Of a stretch of 64,000 nt of DNA, positions 58,290 through 64,000 are shown in pieces. Each line of letters begins with the position of its first letter. The stretch's first letter is position 1. The position numbers and the translations under genes were made by a program. The stretch covers positions 1 through 64,000 of the forward strand of contig JAHDKT010000026.1 of the NCBI GenBank assembly GCA_018436725.1, given 5' to 3'. Source of the DNA: Synergistaceae bacterium. GTDB lineage: Bacteria; Synergistota; Synergistia; Synergistales; Aminobacteriaceae. The notes under the pieces were generated by a model. The model made no database searches. It saw nothing but the letters and a program-made list of their open reading frames with translations, and was not told the DNA's origin.

Positions 58290-60866
58290 ATGGCGTTTAA
58301 AATCCCCGCAAAGCTACTAGTGTCCATCGCAGACCCGGAATCGTTGTTCCGTGACCTGAGGGATCGGGCGGTAGAAGGCCTTCTTGCTCAGCAGGCAGAC
58401 ATGCTTCGAAAATACATGGAGCATGTTGATGCGCATGATATTGCGCTTGAGCTACCTACCGGCAGCGGGAAAACCTTAGTTGGTCTTCTTATAGCAGAAT
58501 GGCGCAGAAGAACAAGGCAGGAAAGATGTCTACTACTTTCCCCAACTAAACAACTCGTCCATCAGATCTTCGAACAGGCCAAAGGGAAGTATGGAATTAA
58601 TACACTCGATTTTTCCGGCTCCAAGCATAACTACACAGCACCCGATAAATCCGCATTTAAAAACTGTGAAGCTATAGGCATTGCCACATATAGCGCCTTT
58701 TTCAACACAAATACTTTTTTTAGTGATGCTCATACGCTTATTTTTGATGATGCACACGCTGCTGAGACTTATGTGTCAAACTTGTGGTCTTTGGAAATAC
58801 ATCGTTCTAAAGATGAAATGATATTTAACGCTATCTGGAAAATAATCGAGCCCTATACAACAGAAAACGAGCAACTCTGTTATGACCAAGACACTGATGG
58901 GGGGATTGATACTTCGTTTGTCAATAAGATTCCCACTCCTTATTTTCTAGAATGCAAGACCGCGCTGGCGATTGTATTGAATGATGCGTCCAGAAGAGGT
59001 GAAAAATATGAGGAGTACAGCTACCGATGGCTTATGATTAAAGACCACCTTCATGCATGTCACCTCTATTACACCAGTAATTCAATTCTTATTCGTCCTC
59101 TTATACCACCTACAAAGAGCTTTAAGCCTTTCCTAGATGCGAATCAGCGCATTTATATGTCAGCCACTCTCGGGGAAGGTGGAGATCTTGAACGAATATT
59201 CGGCCGGAAAACAATTACACGGATTCCCGCCCCAGATGGATGGGACAAGCAGGGAATCGGCAGGCGTTTTTTTGTCTTTCCTATGCGAAAATGGGATGAT
59301 AAAGATTCATTAAATTTTGCACTTTCTTGGATCTCTAAATTTGATAGAGTTCTTGTGCTTACTCAAAGCAATCGAGATGCAGAGATAGTAAAGCAGTCTA
59401 TTAAACAAATCGAAGCTCTAAAGAATCATTCGATTTTCGATGCTACGGAACTGGAGCTATCTAAGAAGATTTTCACTCAGAAGGACTCCGCTATCGCGAT
59501 TTTGGCGAATAGGTATGACGGAATCGATCTAATCGGAGACGAATGTAGATACTTGATAGTCTATGGCCTTCCAGAATCAACAAATCTCCAAGAACGTTTT
59601 ATCATCAGTCGATTAGGGGCATCTGTTCTTTTTGATGTACGCATCCGTACTAGAATAACCCAAGCTGTAGGACGATGCACCCGCTCATCAAGTGATTATG
59701 CGCTTGTAGTGGTCATTGGCGAGAAAGCGAATCAATATTTTCACATGCCAGAAAAAAGAGCGGTTTTGCATCCGGAACTTCAAGCAGAAGTAAATTTTGG
59801 CATTGAGCAGTCAATAGTTGGAGATGTCTGTGAACTAGAGGATAATATTAATTCATTTATCATGCATGATTCTGAGTGGAAATCCGCTGATAATTATATA
59901 TTAGAAACAAGAGACAAATTAAAACAATTACCGATATCTTCAGCAAGCCAGCTTGGGAAAGCAGTCGTTAGTGAAGTTGCATTTAATGATGCGCTTTGGT
60001 TTGGGAAGTTTGACGTTGCTCTCTCATCAGCAAAAGATGTGCTTGCCTGCCTTGCAGGTGGACATGAACTGAAGGGCTATTCCGCTCTCTGGAATTACCT
60101 CGCAGGTTCCGCAGCGTATCAAGAAGAGGAAAAGGATATAGCAAAGGAGCATTTCTCTGCGGCGTTTTCATGTGTTAGCACATTGCCATGGCTTAGGCAA
60201 ATTCAGAAGTTGACTTCTAACCGATTGCCACAAACACCAATGATTATTATGCATGAAGCACGTATTGAGCGCATAGAGCACATACTTGAAAAGTTTGGAA
60301 AAATAAATAGTGTTAAAATAGAGAGGTATTTTAACTCAATCAGAGATGGGCTTTCAAGCACTCAATCACAACCTTTTGAAGAAGCTCAAGTTAAAATTGG
60401 ACTGCTTTTAGGGTTTATAGCTGGAAAAACCGAAAATTCAGGCGATCCAGATCCATGGTGGATAATAGGTAAAGAAGGCATTGTTTTTGAAGACTACACT
60501 GCAACGGGAGAGAAGCCAATTATTTCTAAAGAGAAAACATTGCAAGCAAAGGCCCATCCTGATACCCTTAAAAAAACGCATCCTCATGTAAATTTCAGCG
60601 TTGTATTATGCTCTACATCAAGGACATTACATTATGCCGCAGAACCTCATACAGAAGGCGTTTATTTCATTCATAAAGATGAGTTTTGTGAGTTCTCTGA
60701 ACAATGTTTTAAGCTCATCCGTAGTCTTTGGGATACATTTCAATCATCTGGAAATATGCGTTGGCGAGAGGATGCCGCGGAAAAAATACATTCAGCCGGA
60801 TTAGAAAACGAAGACATCTTGTCATTTTTGAGAAATACACAGCTTGCTTCATTAGTGAAAGGTTAA
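58290..60866 (+). CDS. SF2 (Rad3/DinG/DEAH-like motifs) helicase-family protein with about 390-aa C-terminal domain of unknown function, embedded in the Type I R-M operon
   Basis: Start at MAFKIP with GGGAGG RBS. Walker A LPTGSGKT (about aa 55). Motif II FDDAH (about aa 165). Motif III MSATL (about aa 313). Motif VI QAVGRCTRS (about aa 483). The C-terminal half has no recognisable family. About 40% GC versus about 65% for hsdM and hsdR. Confidence 0.65.
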   Translation: MAFKIPAKLLVSIADPESLFRDLRDRAVEGLLAQQADMLRKYMEHVDAHDIALELPTGSGKTLVGLLIAEWRRRTRQERCLLLSPTKQLVHQIFEQAKGKYGINTLDFSGSKHNYTAPDKSAFKNCEAIGIATYSAFFNTNTFFSDAHTLIFDDAHAAETYVSNLWSLEIHRSKDEMIFNAIWKIIEPYTTENEQLCYDQDTDGGIDTSFVNKIPTPYFLECKTALAIVLNDASRRGEKYEEYSYRWLMIKDHLHACHLYYTSNSILIRPLIPPTKSFKPFLDANQRIYMSATLGEGGDLERIFGRKTITRIPAPDGWDKQGIGRRFFVFPMRKWDDKDSLNFALSWISKFDRVLVLTQSNRDAEIVKQSIKQIEALKNHSIFDATELELSKKIFTQKDSAIAILANRYDGIDLIGDECRYLIVYGLPESTNLQERFIISRLGASVLFDVRIRTRITQAVGRCTRSSSDYALVVVIGEKANQYFHMPEKRAVLHPELQAEVNFGIEQSIVGDVCELEDNINSFIMHDSEWKSADNYILETRDKLKQLPISSASQLGKAVVSEVAFNDALWFGKFDVALSSAKDVLACLAGGHELKGYSALWNYLAGSAAYQEEEKDIAKEHFSAAFSCVSTLPWLRQIQKLTSNRLPQTPMIIMHEARIERIEHILEKFGKINSVKIERYFNSIRDGLSSTQSQPFEEAQVKIGLLLGFIAGKTENSGDPDPWWIIGKEGIVFEDYTATGEKPIISKEKTLQAKAHPDTLKKTHPHVNFSVVLCSTSRTLHYAAEPHTEGVYFIHKDEFCEFSEQCFKLIRSLWDTFQSSGNMRWREDAAEKIHSAGLENEDILSFLRNTQLASLVKG

Positions 60867-60877
60867 TAGGGCCGCCC

Positions 60878-63811
60878 ATGTTTAACGAAGAAAACACCGT
60901 CGAGCAGTTGATTCTCGATGCGCTTCGCGGCGGAGCGTCTTACAGCAGAGTCGCGGGGCGGAGCGGCGGCTCGGGAGAGTGGCGCTTCATCCCCTCCGAC
61001 GAGCTGCGGCGCTCCTCCTCCGACGTGCTGGTGGAGCCGATGCTCTACGATGCCCTCCTTCGCCTCAACCCGGAGATCGAAGCGCAGCCGAATCGCGCGG
61101 ACGAGGTGCTCTACCGATTGCGCGCCATTCCCCTTTCGGTGCAAAGCGAGGGGCTTGTCCGCTCCAACGAGCTGTTTGCGGAGTGGCTCCGCGGCGAGAA
61201 GTCCATGCCCTTCGGCGAACGCGGCGAACATACCCCCGTCCGCCTGATCGACTTCGAAGACCTCTCCAACAACGAGTACGTGGTCACGAATCAGTGGGTC
61301 TATCCCGTCAAGGAAGGGGGAAAGCGCTTCGACATCGTCCTTCTGGTCAACGGAATACCGCTCGTGATCGGCGAGGCGAAGACGCCGGTGCGCCCCGCCG
61401 TGACATGGATCGACGGCGCCTCCGACATCCACGACGCCTACGAAAAGAGCGTGCCGCAGATGTTCGTTCCCAATGTCTTTTCCTTCGCCACCGAGGGAAA
61501 GCGCTTCCGCTACGGCACGGTTCGGATGCCGCTCGATATCTGGGGCCCGTGGCACGACGGCGACAAGTCCGAGGGCAGCCTGGCGGACGTGCGGCGCTCC
61601 GCCCGTTCGATGCTCCGTCCTTCGGTCGTTCTGGACCTCCTGCGGAACTTCACGCTCTTCGCCACGGACAAAAGACACAGCCGCATCAAGATCATCGGCC
61701 GCTATCAGCAGTACGAGGCCGCCAACCTTATCGTCGAGCGCGTGGTCCGGGGCTCCCCGAAGAAGGGGCTGATCTGGCACTTTCAAGGTTCGGGGAAGTC
61801 GCTCCTGATGGTCTTCGCGGCGCAGAAGCTGCGGATGCACCGCGAGCTGGGCAACCCCACGGTGATGATCGTGGTGGACAGGATCGACCTCGACACCCAG
61901 ATCACCGCCACCTTCAACGCCGCCGACATTCCGAACATGATCGGAGCCTCCGCCCGGAACGAGCTTCACGACCTGCTGGCCGCGGACACGCGCAAGATCA
62001 TCATCACCACCATTCACAAGTTCGCCGAGACGGGCGGACGGCTGAACGAGCGTTCGAACATCATCGTGATGGTGGACGAGGCGCACCGCACCCAGGAGGG
62101 CGACCTCGGACGCAGGATGCGCGAGGCCCTCCCCAACGCCTTTCTCTTCGGCCTGACCGGAACGCCGATCAACAAGCGGGACAGGAACACCTTCTGGGCA
62201 TTCGGCGCGGAGGAGGACGAACAGGGGTACATGAGCCGCTACTCCTTTCAGGACTCCATCCGGGACAAGGCCACGCTCCCGCTGCATTTCGAGGCGGTGG
62301 ACGTCAAGCTGCACATCGACAGGGTAGCCATCGACGAAGCCTACGCACGCATGACCGACCAACTGAGCGAAGAAGACCGCGACGACCTCGCGAAGCGCGC
62401 CGCGAAGATGGCGGTGCTCATCAAGGCCCCGGAACGGGTGAACGCGATCTGCCGGCATATCGTCGGACACTTCGCGGAGAAGGTGGAGCCGAACGGCTTC
62501 AAGGCGCAGGTGGTCACGTTCGACCGGGAGTGCTGCGTGCTGTACAAGAGGGCGATGGACGAGCTGATCGGGCCGGACGCAAGCGCCGTCGTGATGAGCA
62601 CGCAGGGCGGCAAAGCCGATAATTACGCCGGGTGGAAGCTGGGGAAAGACGAGGAGGAGCGTCTTCTCGACCGCTTCCGCGATCCGAACGATCCGCTCAA
62701 GTTCCTGATCGTCACTTCCAAGCTGCTGACCGGGTTCGACGCCCCCATCCTGCAGACGATGTATCTGGACAAGCCGATGAAGGACCACAGTCTTCTGCAG
62801 GCCATCTGCCGGACGAACCGCGTCTACTCCGGCAAGACGCACGGCCTGATCGTGGATTACCTGGGCATCTTCGACGACGTGGCGAACGCCCTCGACTTCG
62901 ACGAAAAGTCCGTCCAGCGAGTTGTGACCAATCTCGAAGAGGTCAAGGCGGAACTTCCCGGAATCGTGGAGCGCTGCCTCGCCTTCTTCCCGGGAACGGA
63001 CCGTTCCGTCGGCGGGTACGAGGGGCTGATCGCCGCGCAGGACTGTCTGCCGAACAACGAAATCAAGGACAGGTTCGCCGCCGAATTCTCGGTGCTCTCC
63101 AGGCTCTGGGAGGCACTCTCCCCGGACCCCGTACTCGCTCCGTTCGAGAAGGACTACAAGTGGCTGACGCAAGTTTACGAATCGGTAAAGCCCCTGAGCG
63201 GCAAAGGCAAGCTGCTCTGGCACGCGCTCGGGGCCAAGACCATCGAACTGGCCCACAGGAACGTCCATCTGGAGACGGTGCGCGACGACCTCGAAACGCT
63301 TGTGATGGACGCGGATATTCTGGAGGAGTTCCTGAAGAACAAGAAGGGGAAGGAGAAAGAGATCGAGATCAAGCTCATCGCGCGGCTTCGGAAGCACAGG
63401 GGCAATCCGAAGTTCATCGCGCTCGGCGAGCGGCTCGAAAAGCTGAAGGAGCGGCACGAACAGGGACTGCTCAACAGCCTGGAGTTTTTGAAGGAGCTGC
63501 TCGCTCTGGCGAAGGAGGTCGTGCAGGCCGAGAAGGAAGTCGACCCCGTCGAGGAGCGGAAGGATGCCAAGGCCGCCCTCTCCGAACTGTTCGCCGAGGT
63601 GAAAAACGTGAACACCCCGGTGATGGTGGAGCGCATCGTGAACGACATCGACCAGATCGTGCGGGTGGTCCGCTTCCCTGGATGGCAGGACACCACCGAG
63701 GGAAAGCGCGAAATCCAGAAGGCTCTGCGCGAGCTGCTCTACGTCAAGTACAAGATCAAAGACGCGGACCTCTTCGAGAGGGCGTTCCAGTACATCAGGC
63801 AGTATTACTGA
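60878..63811 (+). CDS. hsdR: Type I R-M restriction subunit R (HsdR)
   Basis: Start at MFNEENTVEQ. N-terminal nuclease domain (DIVLLVNGIPLVIGEAK = PD-(D/E)xK). Walker A GSGKS, DEAH (VMVDEAHRTQ), helicase C motifs (TGFDAP...QAICRTNR). About 977 aa. Confidence 0.9.
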   Translation: MFNEENTVEQLILDALRGGASYSRVAGRSGGSGEWRFIPSDELRRSSSDVLVEPMLYDALLRLNPEIEAQPNRADEVLYRLRAIPLSVQSEGLVRSNELFAEWLRGEKSMPFGERGEHTPVRLIDFEDLSNNEYVVTNQWVYPVKEGGKRFDIVLLVNGIPLVIGEAKTPVRPAVTWIDGASDIHDAYEKSVPQMFVPNVFSFATEGKRFRYGTVRMPLDIWGPWHDGDKSEGSLADVRRSARSMLRPSVVLDLLRNFTLFATDKRHSRIKIIGRYQQYEAANLIVERVVRGSPKKGLIWHFQGSGKSLLMVFAAQKLRMHRELGNPTVMIVVDRIDLDTQITATFNAADIPNMIGASARNELHDLLAADTRKIIITTIHKFAETGGRLNERSNIIVMVDEAHRTQEGDLGRRMREALPNAFLFGLTGTPINKRDRNTFWAFGAEEDEQGYMSRYSFQDSIRDKATLPLHFEAVDVKLHIDRVAIDEAYARMTDQLSEEDRDDLAKRAAKMAVLIKAPERVNAICRHIVGHFAEKVEPNGFKAQVVTFDRECCVLYKRAMDELIGPDASAVVMSTQGGKADNYAGWKLGKDEEERLLDRFRDPNDPLKFLIVTSKLLTGFDAPILQTMYLDKPMKDHSLLQAICRTNRVYSGKTHGLIVDYLGIFDDVANALDFDEKSVQRVVTNLEEVKAELPGIVERCLAFFPGTDRSVGGYEGLIAAQDCLPNNEIKDRFAAEFSVLSRLWEALSPDPVLAPFEKDYKWLTQVYESVKPLSGKGKLLWHALGAKTIELAHRNVHLETVRDDLETLVMDADILEEFLKNKKGKEKEIEIKLIARLRKHRGNPKFIALGERLEKLKERHEQGLLNSLEFLKELLALAKEVVQAEKEVDPVEERKDAKAALSELFAEVKNVNTPVMVERIVNDIDQIVRVVRFPGWQDTTEGKREIQKALRELLYVKYKIKDADLFERAFQYIRQYY

Positions 63812-64000
63812 TGCGGTGCGTTCGGTGAATTCGCGAAGTGAAGTCGCGGGTAGCACCGAAACAAGTTGAGAAGGAGCGGGATGCTTGAATATGGAAGCTG
63901 AGATATTTTTGCGATTCTCCGCGAAAGATTCTCCGCGAAAGACTTGCGGGAATAAATAAACTATGATAAAAAATACGTGAAAAAGTTTTCCGAAGACCTA

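Noticed and set aside
60863-63856. 997-aa minus-strand ORF antisense to hsdR.
   Set aside because: Antisense artefact. hsdR frame carries all helicase and nuclease motifs.

Overview
High-GC (about 60-65% by eye) bacterial chromosomal segment with several lower-GC patches, which suggests a mosaic accessory region. An SLH-domain OmpM-like outer membrane protein and a Synerg-CTERM-like sorting tail suggest a Synergistetes-like diderm host (inference). Content in order: (1) an operon on the minus strand encoding a Ro60/TROVE+vWA (Rsr-like) protein, a ribbon-helix-helix protein and a DUF932 phage/plasmid-like protein; (2) an intact TacA/TacT-like (DUF1778 antitoxin / GNAT toxin) module; (3) a TPR+LCCL secreted protein; (4) a low-GC island (MATE-GNAT fusion, cytidylate-kinase-like, MarR) bounded by a diverged partial duplicate of upstream DNA; (5) ahpC and a flotillin-NfeD-DUF4139-membrane operon; (6) housekeeping or accessory enzymes (SDR, acetoacetate-decarboxylase-like, RecQ, ROK kinase, DJ-1, garR-like reductase); (7) a decayed dinJ-yafQ toxin-antitoxin module and a helicase remnant; (8) a PucR-associated peptidase/amidohydrolase cluster (M20, M20D, M42, allantoate-amidohydrolase-like, DMT and two membrane proteins); (9) a dCache MCP, a secreted FAD oxidoreductase with NusG-II/Gx-transporter partners, pseudogene debris, CMD-like and OYE-type reductases; (10) an SLH-OmpM porin-like gene next to a perfect 58-nt palindrome and a truncated second copy of the DMT/amidohydrolase region; (11) a cobalamin uptake locus with two B12 riboswitches (btuF-btuD-btuC-exbB-exbD-tonB under one, and btuB plus a secreted Synerg-CTERM protein that may bind B12 under the other); (12) a Type I R-M locus with two tandem hsdM paralogs (the second interrupted by an in-frame TGA), a compositionally chimeric hsdS, and a low-GC 876-aa SF2 (Rad3/DinG-like motif set) helicase inserted between hsdS and hsdR. 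This helicase is the best candidate for a new defence component. No tRNA, rRNA or CRISPR array was recognised.
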